Below, one piece after another: positions 16,969-26,907 of a stretch of DNA of 33,486 nt. The position numbers were made by a program, and so were the translations under genes. Source of the stretch: an uncultured bacterium (GTDB lineage Bacteria; AUK180); assembly GCA_937863565.1 (NCBI GenBank), contig CALMGJ010000003.1, positions 1-33,486 of the forward strand. Direction: 5' to 3'. Numbering within the stretch: the first letter of the stretch is position 1; the number at the start of each line of letters is the position of its first letter. Under the pieces are notes generated by a model. That model saw only the letters and a program-made list of their open reading frames with translations. It searched no databases and was not told the DNA's origin.

Positions 16969-19900
16969 ATGAAAAAATATCTTCTTTTAACGGTCATTTT
17001 GATGCTGGCTGTTTCCATTCTTGCAAAGAACGGGGGCACTAAAGTCGATTATTTTGACGCAATGTCATTGACGAGCCTGAAAACCGTCCTTCAACCCGAG
17101 ACGATATCAAAACTGGGTATAGCTCCCGCCGTCAGCGCTAAGATCAATAAGATCAAAACCAACGGACAGGACAGATACCTTTTCGATCATGGCAATATGC
17201 GTACGGAATTCTTCGCGGACGGAAGAACCGAATTGACGAGCGCCTTCGGGAAACTTTCCTTCGTTCCCCGGAACTTCTTGATCGGTACGAGATCTGGAAT
17301 ACCGGAATTCAAGGGCATGACCCTTTCGGATAACCGCGCCGGATTCACCGTTGATGAATCCGTAAGAGAGGAATACATCGCAACGAGAAGCCAACTGAAA
17401 CACAATATCTATGTTAAACCAGGTGCTGTAAGAGAAGCGGGAGATTTTACATATGAATGGGAGATCGACCGCGGACATTTCATCATAGAGAACGGCGGGG
17501 AGATAAATAAGGACTTCACAACGGCGGACGATATCACGCTGAAAGCCCGTGGAAAGGATGTCTTCAAGATACTCAAGCCTTTCGCCTACGAAAAGGGGAA
17601 GGATAAAAAAGTGTACGGACATTACGATGTCAGGTTCACCGGTGATAAGATCATTCTCTCGCTCACCGTGCCGATGGACGCTTTCCGGAAAGCATCTTCG
17701 GAGATCGTGATCGATCCCACCGTTGTCGCTTTGGAATATGCGGAACTGTGGGGGACATGGAAGAGGAATATCGCGCAGGATTCCAAGGGCAATATCTACG
17801 TGGCCTACATGGAATACTCCAATTCTTACGAGATCTATGTGCAGAGATCATCAGACGGCGGCACTTCCTGGGGAACCCCTAAGAGATTGTCTTATACGAA
17901 TTATGACGGTTACTATCCTGCGATAGCGATCGACGGCAATGACAATATCTATGTGATCTGGATCGATTGGGATCAGTCGGAAATATCTTTTTCGAGATCC
18001 ACCGATCTCGGAGCTACCTGGTCAATGCAGAAAACGATCTCATTCACGAACCAGTACGGAACCGATTATTATGCCATCGCAGCTTACGGGAACGGGAATG
18101 TATATGTGGTTTACTGGAATTATCTCAATGACAGGATCGAGTTCATAAGATCTTTGGACGGCGGCGCAACCTGGTCAATGGCAAAGATGCTTTTGGATAA
18201 TCCCGCGATCGGGGGTAATTTTGAAACAGCCTTTCCCACGATCGAAACTGCCGGGAACGGAAAACTCGGCGTAGGCATAACATTGAAATATTATAAAGTC
18301 CCCGGAGGGTACCACATAAGGGTCTATTATATGTCTTCGGAGGATACCGGTTCAACATGGACGGTCCCGGAGCTTGTGCAGTATGATGACGATACCAGCT
18401 CCGGCGATGTAGCCGTGGATGCCGTCTCACTGTCATTCGATTCATCGAATAATCCTTATCTTTTCTACTCTGTCAGATCGAATAATAAATGGGGGGATGC
18501 TACGCAAAGAGTAGTTTATACTAAATACGACGGTTTTCTCTGGTCGCCCGTGATGGTCATTGACGGCGAAATCCCGGATAACGGATATGACCCAGTGATC
18601 TCTTTGGACCAGAATGATAATATTTATTTCACCTGGACCCGGTACCAGGACGACACCGAATCGCATATCAGGTTCATCTCGAAGATCGGCGGCATCTGGC
18701 AGGACCTCGTCGAACTCAGCAGGTCCGATAACGGCTACTGGGAGGATTATCCTCATATGCCTCCATATTTCAACACAGAGAGGTCATACGGCGGTCCCTT
18801 CACAGTTTACTATGATTATATAGGGGTCACCGACGACGATACCGATTATGATGATGTTCTCACTTTCCAGTATCTCGGCAGTTCGCAGCAGGCGCCTTCG
18901 GCTCCCGTGATCCTGTATCCGAAGGAGAACGGATATTCGCCGGGACTCGTGATGTGGGAGAGGTCGGATTCGCGAATGAACGTTTACTATCGGCTGGAAT
19001 TCAGCACAAGCGATACCTTCACTACGATCCTGTGTTCCGCGGATAAGGTCCTGAATACTTGGAGCGAAGCGTCAACGGAACTTCTCGAGAACACCGATTA
19101 TTATGTAAGGGTAAGGACAGTGGATGTTCTGGGGCGAGTATCTCCGTGGAGCGCGACGAGGAAGTTCATAACGGACAATACTGCGCCCGTCATCGTAGAC
19201 AGCGCCTCCGAGCCGGATACTGTGACAGGATGGTATAATATTGAAAATCCGCTCGCGCTGACATTCACCGGCCATGACTCCGGCGGTGCGGGGATCTGGA
19301 TGAACAATTATTTTACCGACAAGGATGAATTCACCGAAGTGACATACAACTGGATCGATATAGAGAAGGAGGAGAACCACTTCCCGATAACACCCGGTGA
19401 AGACGACGGGACGGTAAGGGGCGTTCCTCTGAACTTTCTCTTCCCTCTCTACGAGGCGGTATTCTACCGCATCAATATCTGTACGAACGGTTGGGTGTCA
19501 TTGGATTATGATGGCGACGCATGGGGCCTGCCGGAATTTCCTTTTAATGGCAATTATCATTATACTATTGCCGTATATCAGGATGACCAGATGACCTCAC
19601 GCAACGGGAATTCACAGCTCTTCATTGCGGATCTTGAGAACCCGAAGAGGAAAGTGATCACATTCAAGGATTGGTCGATATACTGGGATATCGAAGCGAA
19701 CCTGACCTACCAGGTAGTCCTTTATGAAACGGGGCAGATCGACATCAATATCAAAAAAGGTTCCGAATATATCGATTCCGTACGGCAGATCGGGATCAAT
19801 TACGGGTATAATACCTGGGATGCCATAACATATTACTATTCCCTGATGGAAGGCCTTAACGGCCCCCTCTCGGTCTCATATATCCCCCGCACTTTCGCTC

Positions 19901-22050
19901 TTACTGATACGATAAACATTGAAAGCGACAGGGACCAGTATTTTTCATATGTCAATTTCGACAAAGCCGGCCGCAATTCGACATACTCCGCCGAGTATTT
20001 CGACAATATCGATTACGGCATGCCTGCCTGCACGGTCACTACGCCTATGTACGATATGACGGTGAATCAGGCCTCGATCACCTTCCTGGGCACATGGAGC
20101 GAAACAAGATCGGGTATTCTTGATGTGCAGTACAGCGTGAACGGTTCTACTTCCTGGGTAAGCGTATCGACGATAGGCGGAGGGACATGGGGCACGGTTG
20201 TCCCTTTACTCGCAGGAGAGAACGACATAGTCTTCCGCGCTCTTGATGTCGCAGGGAATATTGGCGAATCCACGGATGTGATCGCGATCATGCGCGATGA
20301 CTCTTCCGCTTATTCTATCATTTCAGGCCCAGTGAACGGAATGAAGTACACGAAAGCGGATTTCCCGATCGGTATTGACGGTTTTGGATACCACGGATCA
20401 GCTCAGACCATCGATCAGATCGATGTGCTGATAACGGGCGCGACTTTCAGCGATACGCTGTCGATACCCGGTTTCCCCGATGATCCCGATTGGAAAACGC
20501 AATGGGACGATGTGCCTCCGGAGGGGCTTTACAATATCAGGTCACGCGCAAAAGGCGATACCGCATCCGGTTGGGTCGAAAGTCCGAACGGGGGTATCTG
20601 GGTGACGATAGGAACGGAAACCCCGACTTCGAACATCATCGGATTGGCCACTGATGACTATTTATACGGGGATACGTGGTCTATTGCGGTTGCGGCCTCC
20701 GATCTGACCTCGGATATCGAGGACGTGAACCTCGGCATCAGAAGATACGATGAGGAGGATTATACATGGTATGACTCTTACAGCGTAACAGATTGGACCT
20801 TTAATTGGGATATTCCCCAGAACGAAGAGGCATATTATTACCTGCTTTCCAGGGCGACCGATACGAGCGGATATGTTGAAACGAACACCGTTCCGCTCCG
20901 GATAATAGTGGATACGAAAGCGCCGTACGGATATGTAACAAAACCCGTTTCCGGGAATTATTCGTTCTCGGATTTCGATCTTGAGGGATACGCCTGGGAT
21001 GATCTCACCGGTGTATGCTTGATCACGGGGATCCTGACCGATACGGGCGGAAATACCACATTGTTCTCATTCCCGGCGGAGAACGGCGAATTCAATGATG
21101 TCTGGACATTCCCCGAAACCGGCGCATACACTCTCACCGTGATATTTACGGATAATGCCAACAATGACTTTGAGATCGGACCGATAAACATGTACTGGGA
21201 TATCTGGGACCATACTTCGAGGATATTCACGCCCAAAGACGGGGATACGATCTATGACAGTACGGTGATGATAACGGGTGAGGCGCAGTACAGTAAAGAT
21301 GACGCGAACATAACGAAAGTGGAAGTGGGGATCACGCCTCAAGGCGGGACCACATCATGGTATACCGCAGACGGCACCGATGACTGGTCTTATCTTTGGA
21401 CCGGCTACGATAACGGCTACTACACCATTCAATCCAGATCATACGGAGATACGGAAGTAGAGACACCGTCAGCGGGGATAGATATCCTGGTCAATCAGCC
21501 GCTTCCTCCGGAAGGGCTTTCTGCAAAAGGTTTCGACAGCTTGATCAGGCTGACATGGAGCGCACCTTCAACTGTGCTGAACCCGCAGGGTTATATTCTC
21601 ATGAAAAGGGCCGAAGGCGAAGAAATGTTCGAAAGCGTTTGCACCACCTCTGCTTTTACCTTTGATGACTGGGATGTGACCGCGGGAATAAGGTATGAAT
21701 ATGCAATAAAGACGGTCGGGGAGAACGCTCAGTCCGGCGAACTTTCCGAGAGCATCTTCATAACAATGAACGATTACGGCACAACGCTTGACGATATTAT
21801 CTGTTATCCCAATCCCTGCGTGAAAAGTACCGGAGCGGAAACCTTTAAATTCGCATATCTTTTGCCCGATACGGAGATCCTCATCTACAAGATCAACGGT
21901 GAACTTATAAAGACGATCGAGGCCGACGGCCCGGTATTTGCCTGGGACCTTCTTGACGACAATGCCAGAACGATATCGACAGGGATCTATATAGCCGTGT
22001 TCAAATGCGGCGGGGAATCAAGGACTGCCAAGATAGCGATAGTAAAATAA
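16969..22050 (+). CDS. Large secreted multidomain protein: BNR/Asp-box propeller, FN3, NIDO-like, Ig-like repeats, T9SS type A-like CTD
   Basis: Signal peptide; Asp boxes SSDGGTSW, STDLGATW, SLDGGATW, SEDTGSTW; Ig motifs ALDVAGN and ATDTSG; CTD YPNP...IYKINGELIK...STGIYI...KIAIVK. Confidence 0.85.
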   Translation: MKKYLLLTVILMLAVSILAKNGGTKVDYFDAMSLTSLKTVLQPETISKLGIAPAVSAKINKIKTNGQDRYLFDHGNMRTEFFADGRTELTSAFGKLSFVPRNFLIGTRSGIPEFKGMTLSDNRAGFTVDESVREEYIATRSQLKHNIYVKPGAVREAGDFTYEWEIDRGHFIIENGGEINKDFTTADDITLKARGKDVFKILKPFAYEKGKDKKVYGHYDVRFTGDKIILSLTVPMDAFRKASSEIVIDPTVVALEYAELWGTWKRNIAQDSKGNIYVAYMEYSNSYEIYVQRSSDGGTSWGTPKRLSYTNYDGYYPAIAIDGNDNIYVIWIDWDQSEISFSRSTDLGATWSMQKTISFTNQYGTDYYAIAAYGNGNVYVVYWNYLNDRIEFIRSLDGGATWSMAKMLLDNPAIGGNFETAFPTIETAGNGKLGVGITLKYYKVPGGYHIRVYYMSSEDTGSTWTVPELVQYDDDTSSGDVAVDAVSLSFDSSNNPYLFYSVRSNNKWGDATQRVVYTKYDGFLWSPVMVIDGEIPDNGYDPVISLDQNDNIYFTWTRYQDDTESHIRFISKIGGIWQDLVELSRSDNGYWEDYPHMPPYFNTERSYGGPFTVYYDYIGVTDDDTDYDDVLTFQYLGSSQQAPSAPVILYPKENGYSPGLVMWERSDSRMNVYYRLEFSTSDTFTTILCSADKVLNTWSEASTELLENTDYYVRVRTVDVLGRVSPWSATRKFITDNTAPVIVDSASEPDTVTGWYNIENPLALTFTGHDSGGAGIWMNNYFTDKDEFTEVTYNWIDIEKEENHFPITPGEDDGTVRGVPLNFLFPLYEAVFYRINICTNGWVSLDYDGDAWGLPEFPFNGNYHYTIAVYQDDQMTSRNGNSQLFIADLENPKRKVITFKDWSIYWDIEANLTYQVVLYETGQIDINIKKGSEYIDSVRQIGINYGYNTWDAITYYYSLMEGLNGPLSVSYIPRTFALTDTINIESDRDQYFSYVNFDKAGRNSTYSAEYFDNIDYGMPACTVTTPMYDMTVNQASITFLGTWSETRSGILDVQYSVNGSTSWVSVSTIGGGTWGTVVPLLAGENDIVFRALDVAGNIGESTDVIAIMRDDSSAYSIISGPVNGMKYTKADFPIGIDGFGYHGSAQTIDQIDVLITGATFSDTLSIPGFPDDPDWKTQWDDVPPEGLYNIRSRAKGDTASGWVESPNGGIWVTIGTETPTSNIIGLATDDYLYGDTWSIAVAASDLTSDIEDVNLGIRRYDEEDYTWYDSYSVTDWTFNWDIPQNEEAYYYLLSRATDTSGYVETNTVPLRIIVDTKAPYGYVTKPVSGNYSFSDFDLEGYAWDDLTGVCLITGILTDTGGNTTLFSFPAENGEFNDVWTFPETGAYTLTVIFTDNANNDFEIGPINMYWDIWDHTSRIFTPKDGDTIYDSTVMITGEAQYSKDDANITKVEVGITPQGGTTSWYTADGTDDWSYLWTGYDNGYYTIQSRSYGDTEVETPSAGIDILVNQPLPPEGLSAKGFDSLIRLTWSAPSTVLNPQGYILMKRAEGEEMFESVCTTSAFTFDDWDVTAGIRYEYAIKTVGENAQSGELSESIFITMNDYGTTLDDIICYPNPCVKSTGAETFKFAYLLPDTEILIYKINGELIKTIEADGPVFAWDLLDDNARTISTGIYIAVFKCGGESRTAKIAIVK

Positions 22051-22056
22051 TGATCT

Positions 22057-22090
22057 ATTCGGGGGGAGAGATAAATCTTTCCCCCCGAAT
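22057..22090 (+). terminator. Stem-loop after cargo 1, likely terminator
   Basis: ATTCGGGGGGAGAGAT-AA-ATCTTTCCCCCCGAAT inverted repeat 6 nt after the stop; weak U-tract. Confidence 0.75.
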
Positions 22091-22179
22091 TTAGCAACAC
22101 AGCCCGATTAATCCTAATAATTCCGCCCCGTTTCCTATTTTGTCTATTATTGGGATTTTCTTTGCTCTAATCACTCCAT

Positions 22180-22208
22180 TTGGAAAAAAATGGAAAAAGT
22201 AATACAAT
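22180..22208 (+). promoter_or_regulatory. Probable promoter of PorV-cargo cassette 2
   Basis: TTGGAA (22180-22185), 17-nt spacer, TACAAT (22203-22208); SD GGAGG at 22221-22225. Confidence 0.6.
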
Positions 22209-22230
22209 AATACATGAAACGGAGGTTCGT

Positions 22231-23154
22231 ATGAAGAAGTTCTTCACGATCTGTACTTTACTTTTAGCTGCTGCATTATTTTCCGCAACAACGGCCGGGA
22301 CGGCCGCGGCTGCATTTTTGAAGATAGGGGTCGGCGCGAAGCCGTCAGCCCTCGGGGATGCGTACATAGGGATAGCGGACGACCAGAATGCGGTTCTACT
22401 GAACCCCGGCGGATTATGCTTTCTGGAGAAGGGGATCGTCTCGTTCACTCATCTGAACTGGATAGCTGACACGAACATAAACAGCCTGACGGCCGTATAC
22501 GGACTGAAGGGCATAGGGACATTCGGCCTGACCTGGGAGAACCTCAATTACGGGGTGATACAGGGCACGAACGAACTTGGCGAGGAAACGGAGGAGTTCA
22601 CGCCTCAGGATACTCTTTTCACGCTTGCGTACGGCAGGCAGATGGGAGAGAGCCTCGGCGTCGGTTTGAACCTGAAGTACATCTCGTCGGTGATACAGGA
22701 TTACAGCGCCGGGACGGTGGCGTTCGACATAGGGCTTCTGTATAAGACGGAGCTTGCGGGCAAACCTGTGAAGGCGGGCTTATCGGTCCGCAATGTCGGA
22801 GGGAAGATGACCTATGATGTGGAGGGCGATTCTCTTCCGATGTATTTCGGTATCGGGGCGAGCTATGTGGTCCTTTCGACGGACACGAACAATGTGATGG
22901 CGGCATTGGACATAGGCAAGGCGTCTGATACGGACCTGAGGTTCAATATCGGGGCGCAGTACAGCTTCAAGGATTTCCTTGCGATCAGACTGGGATACAA
23001 ACTCGGCGATTATGATGTTGAGGGCTTCTCGGGCGGCTTGGGCGCGGGCTATACGCTTTCCAACGGGATGAGGCTTGCGCTTGATTATGCCTACGGCTCC
23101 ACATCGAGCGAGTTCAGCGATGTCCACAGGATATCGTTCTCGTTCTTGTTCTGA
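22231..23154 (+). CDS. PorV/PorQ-family outer-membrane beta-barrel, copy 2 (start revised from 22180)
   Basis: GGAGG lies 5 nt before ATG 22231, giving a clean signal peptide MKKFFTICTLLLAAALFS. The mature sequence is identical to copy 1. Confidence 0.88.
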   Translation: MKKFFTICTLLLAAALFSATTAGTAAAAFLKIGVGAKPSALGDAYIGIADDQNAVLLNPGGLCFLEKGIVSFTHLNWIADTNINSLTAVYGLKGIGTFGLTWENLNYGVIQGTNELGEETEEFTPQDTLFTLAYGRQMGESLGVGLNLKYISSVIQDYSAGTVAFDIGLLYKTELAGKPVKAGLSVRNVGGKMTYDVEGDSLPMYFGIGASYVVLSTDTNNVMAALDIGKASDTDLRFNIGAQYSFKDFLAIRLGYKLGDYDVEGFSGGLGAGYTLSNGMRLALDYAYGSTSSEFSDVHRISFSFLF

Positions 23155-23155
23155 G
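22268..23155 (+). repeat. 888-bp near-identical direct repeat, copy 2
   Basis: Matches 16071-16958. Confidence 0.93.
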
Positions 23156-23178
23156 ATCGAAGACAATAAGGTGATGGA

Positions 23179-26100
23179 ATGAAAAAAAGTTTAACAACGA
23201 TATTATTAATATCATGCATTCTGGCGTTCTCGGCGAATCATTTCTTCGAGAACTTCGATGCGGGAACGACATTCCCTACGCCGGACGGCTTCACGACGGA
23301 CGTTGCCAATGCCGCATATATAAACAATATTGCTCCGGTTTATTCCGCGCCCAATAAAGCGGGAATAAATGCAGCGACCAAGTGGGTAGCAACGCCTTTT
23401 GTGAGTACGGCAGGAACATTGACCTTCTATGCAAGGAGTTCTTCAACATCAACATCCAATTATGTTATGGATATTCAGAAAAGCTACAACGGGACCGATT
23501 GGACCACAGTGCAGTCATATCCCGTGGGCACTTTCGCTACTGCGGACTATGCTCTTTATACAGTCAATATCAACGACTCAAATTCGAATATCCAGATAAG
23601 ATTCTATATGAGTTCGAGAACGGGGAACAGCTTCTATTTCGATGATGTGACCCTGACCGATTACTTCGTATGCGAAGGCACGGACACTACGCCTCCGATG
23701 TGGTCCGGCGGGGAGACTTCCGGCATTTCCATTTCGGATTTTACATTCTATACGGCAGATGTTGTATGGACCGATGCCACGGATGATTCGAATCCCGTCT
23801 CATACGACCTTTACAGGTCCACGGCTTCCTTCACTGACACATCTGTTGCGACGCTTGTTGTATCGAGTATAAGCGATACAACATACACCGACATCGGACT
23901 TTCGCCTACAACGACATATTATTACAAGATTGTTGCGAGGAACTGCGTGCCCCTCACGACTTTGGGTAATGATACCGCTTCTTTGACGACGAATGCGATG
24001 CCGACGATATACGAGATCCAGTTCAATAATACCGTGATCGGCGGTGGAACGAACGATTGCTATCCTTCTCCATACAACGGTTTTCCCGTCACACTTACGG
24101 GTCTTATCCAATCATTATCGAACAAGGGCACATACATGGTTTATACAATCTCCCAGGGGACTGATCCGTGGAATTCGCTCTATGTTTACGATTATGACGA
24201 AACGCGCCTTCTGGATATAGGCGACCTTGTGACAGTATCGGGGACCATTAGCGAATATAACGGACTTTCCGAACTGGGCAATGTCACGGCGGCAGATACT
24301 GTCGGAACAGATGTTCAGGAGCCTTATAGCGTTGCCAGCGTAAATTCGATCGGCGGCCTTGGGACCTGGGGGGCTGAATGCGGGGCTACTACCGAATCTT
24401 ATGAGGGCTCTCTGGTGATTCTCAACGATGTTTATGTCGTAATCGCTACGGACGGGAATAAACATTCCTTGATTGCCGATACAACAACGCCTATAATTAC
24501 ACTTGCTATGAGTGATATGCTTTACTCATATTCTTCCCTTGCCGCCGGCTGCAAGCTTGATACAATAGTCGGCGTGATCCTTTACGAGGACATAGGAGGA
24601 ACATACTATTATACGCTTAATCCGAGAAGCGCAGATGATATTATGCTCGGATGCAGCGATGCGGATATCACCTCTCCGGACTGGACGGTAAGCGGTATCA
24701 GCAATATTGACAGCACTGCCGTGAAAGAGACCAGCGTTTCGCTCACCTGGGATGCTGCGATAGATGCGGAGAACCCTGCTGTGTATTATGATCTTTACAG
24801 ATCGCCGACCTCGCCCGTCAATACAGCAACCGCAACTCTGCTCGCTTCCGATCTGGTAACGAACAGTTATATCGATGCCGATCTGAATTACTATACTACG
24901 TACTATTACAGGATCGTGACCAAGAACTGCGTTCCTTTGGAGAAAACAGCTTCGGATGAACTGGCCGTGCAAACGCTTAATATCAACTTTACCGATCTTT
25001 GCGATGCGCAAAACTGGGATACGAACGGGAATTCACAGATGTTGGGACATTGGATCTGGGTAAAAGGGATTGCGAGTTCCGAGACCGGCATTTACGGAAC
25101 ATCGGGAAAGACATCCGTTTATATCGAGGACTCCGTTCAGAGCGAGACCACCTGCGGGATCAATGTGTATTATTCCGACGGTATCATAGACATCGAACGC
25201 GGCGATGATATCATCGCATACGGAAAAGTAACCGAATATAACGGCGTCACCGAAGTCGTTATTTCCGATACCGACCCCGTGCTTATCGCTCATACCTCGA
25301 GCGTTGTTCTCGAACCCGAACTTATAGCCACTTCGCTTCACCTTTCATCAAATTGGGAATCGGCCGAAGCTAAGGAAGGAAAACTTACATATGTTGCGGG
25401 AACAGTAGTAGATCAGTACAAGGGCGCTTCATACAGCAGGATCAGGATCAGGGATACGGAAGATACGGATACCGGGACCAACGGCCTTGTCGTCTACTGG
25501 TATGATTCAACAGCGACGATCACGCTCACCGCAAATGATTTCACTCTTGGCGAATATGTAGTGATACGAGGTGTCTTCACACAGTATGACAGTTCATCCC
25601 CTTATACGACGGGTTACGAGATCATGCCAAGGGATGACGCCGACTTCACGAGATACTTCAAGATCGCCGGACAGGTGAAAAAGTTCAACCCCGATTATGC
25701 GACGAAATCCGATGTTCCGAATCTCACCGTGTACCTGTACGAGAACGACTCCTACATGGACATCCTTCTTGACCCGAATATAGTGGCCGAAACGGTAACA
25801 TCAAATACCGGCGCCTTCACATTCGACGACCTTTCAAGCGGCGCTACATATATCGTCTATCCCGCAACGGTGCAGGATTCGATGACAGCGGCACTTTCTC
25901 ACTACGTCAACGGGATCACGACAGGATACTATCCGGTCTTCAAAGACCTCTCGGATGATATTACCGATGTTGTGATCGACATGGTAGAACCCGTTGAGAC
26001 CATGACTCCCGACGATTCGGAATTCGATACGAACGTTACGCTTGAATGGGAGCTTTACACGGGCAATGCGCTTGACGACAACTTCGCCATGCCCGACACA

Positions 26101-26889
26101 TACACCATTACCTACCTCATTGCTATCAGTCCTGCGGACGAATCGGGAGAGATGACGCTTCCTCCGGCCATATACACGAGCCTCGGCATCGATGCAACGA
26201 GCTATACGAATTCATTTGCTCCCGGCGAATACTTATGGACCGTTTTCGCGAGTTCATACGACCATCCCGGAACGAGCGGCAATACGATACCTCTTTCCAT
26301 GAGCGATCGTCCTCAGAGATTCCTGGTAACTTCAGGCGAACCTCCGGAGATAGCGGGGATCGTCGTTGCCGATAACAGGACACTGATAGTGACCTTCAAT
26401 GAGGCGGTCGACACGGCAACGGCAACCATTGAGGCGAATTACGTAGTGACTCCCGGCAGCGAGATTCCGGCTACAGCCACGAAGACCAATACCAATACCG
26501 TGGAACTCGTCTTTTCCGCAGATTTTGCCGCCGGCGATTATCTGCTCACGATCGGCGGCGTTGAGGATCTTGACGGCAATAAGATCGAATGGGGAGCTAA
26601 AAATTCCGACACATTTACAATTCAGGAAACGAATCTCTCCAATCTCAAAGTATATCCGAACCCGATCCGGCTTGCGAGCGTTCAAACGATCACATTCACC
26701 GGTGCAGGTTCCGGCGGGAAAATAAAGATCTACGATGCGGCCGGAAATCTGAAATACGAGGACGATTACGAAGGGAGCGTGATAACGATAGATCTTGTTG
26801 AAGATGCCGAATTCTCTTCGGGCATTTATTTTTACAGTATCGAGACGGATATCGATAAAGTGATAGGAAAATTTGCTGTAGTCAGATAA
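23179..26889 (+). CDS. Secreted multidomain protein: FN3 and OB-fold-like modules, Ig-like domain, T9SS type A-like CTD
   Basis: Signal peptide; two FN3 units (YDLYRS...YTD.GL...YYY.I); OB-like IYEIQ...SPYNG..VT.TG, GDLVTVSGTISEYNGLSE and GDDIIAYGKVTEYNGVTE; CTD VYPNP...IYDAAG...SSGIYFY...GKFAVVR. Confidence 0.85.
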   Translation: MKKSLTTILLISCILAFSANHFFENFDAGTTFPTPDGFTTDVANAAYINNIAPVYSAPNKAGINAATKWVATPFVSTAGTLTFYARSSSTSTSNYVMDIQKSYNGTDWTTVQSYPVGTFATADYALYTVNINDSNSNIQIRFYMSSRTGNSFYFDDVTLTDYFVCEGTDTTPPMWSGGETSGISISDFTFYTADVVWTDATDDSNPVSYDLYRSTASFTDTSVATLVVSSISDTTYTDIGLSPTTTYYYKIVARNCVPLTTLGNDTASLTTNAMPTIYEIQFNNTVIGGGTNDCYPSPYNGFPVTLTGLIQSLSNKGTYMVYTISQGTDPWNSLYVYDYDETRLLDIGDLVTVSGTISEYNGLSELGNVTAADTVGTDVQEPYSVASVNSIGGLGTWGAECGATTESYEGSLVILNDVYVVIATDGNKHSLIADTTTPIITLAMSDMLYSYSSLAAGCKLDTIVGVILYEDIGGTYYYTLNPRSADDIMLGCSDADITSPDWTVSGISNIDSTAVKETSVSLTWDAAIDAENPAVYYDLYRSPTSPVNTATATLLASDLVTNSYIDADLNYYTTYYYRIVTKNCVPLEKTASDELAVQTLNINFTDLCDAQNWDTNGNSQMLGHWIWVKGIASSETGIYGTSGKTSVYIEDSVQSETTCGINVYYSDGIIDIERGDDIIAYGKVTEYNGVTEVVISDTDPVLIAHTSSVVLEPELIATSLHLSSNWESAEAKEGKLTYVAGTVVDQYKGASYSRIRIRDTEDTDTGTNGLVVYWYDSTATITLTANDFTLGEYVVIRGVFTQYDSSSPYTTGYEIMPRDDADFTRYFKIAGQVKKFNPDYATKSDVPNLTVYLYENDSYMDILLDPNIVAETVTSNTGAFTFDDLSSGATYIVYPATVQDSMTAALSHYVNGITTGYYPVFKDLSDDITDVVIDMVEPVETMTPDDSEFDTNVTLEWELYTGNALDDNFAMPDTYTITYLIAISPADESGEMTLPPAIYTSLGIDATSYTNSFAPGEYLWTVFASSYDHPGTSGNTIPLSMSDRPQRFLVTSGEPPEIAGIVVADNRTLIVTFNEAVDTATATIEANYVVTPGSEIPATATKTNTNTVELVFSADFAAGDYLLTIGGVEDLDGNKIEWGAKNSDTFTIQETNLSNLKVYPNPIRLASVQTITFTGAGSGGKIKIYDAAGNLKYEDDYEGSVITIDLVEDAEFSSGIYFYSIETDIDKVIGKFAVVR

Positions 26890-26907
26890 TAGATATTTGG
26901 TGAACTT

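Noticed and set aside
17760-18800. Calling cargo 1 a sialidase
   Set aside because: Asp boxes are present, but no RIP motif or arginine triad could be identified, so only a propeller fold is supported.
22180-22230. 17-aa N-terminal extension of PorV copy 2 given in the ORF track
   Set aside because: The TTG coincides with a -35 box. The SD and signal peptide support ATG 22231.
16071-23155. Composite transposon or DGR template/variable repeat pair
   Set aside because: The repeats encode a barrel rather than a transposase, no reverse transcriptase is present, and the single mismatch seen is no evidence of adenine-directed diversification.
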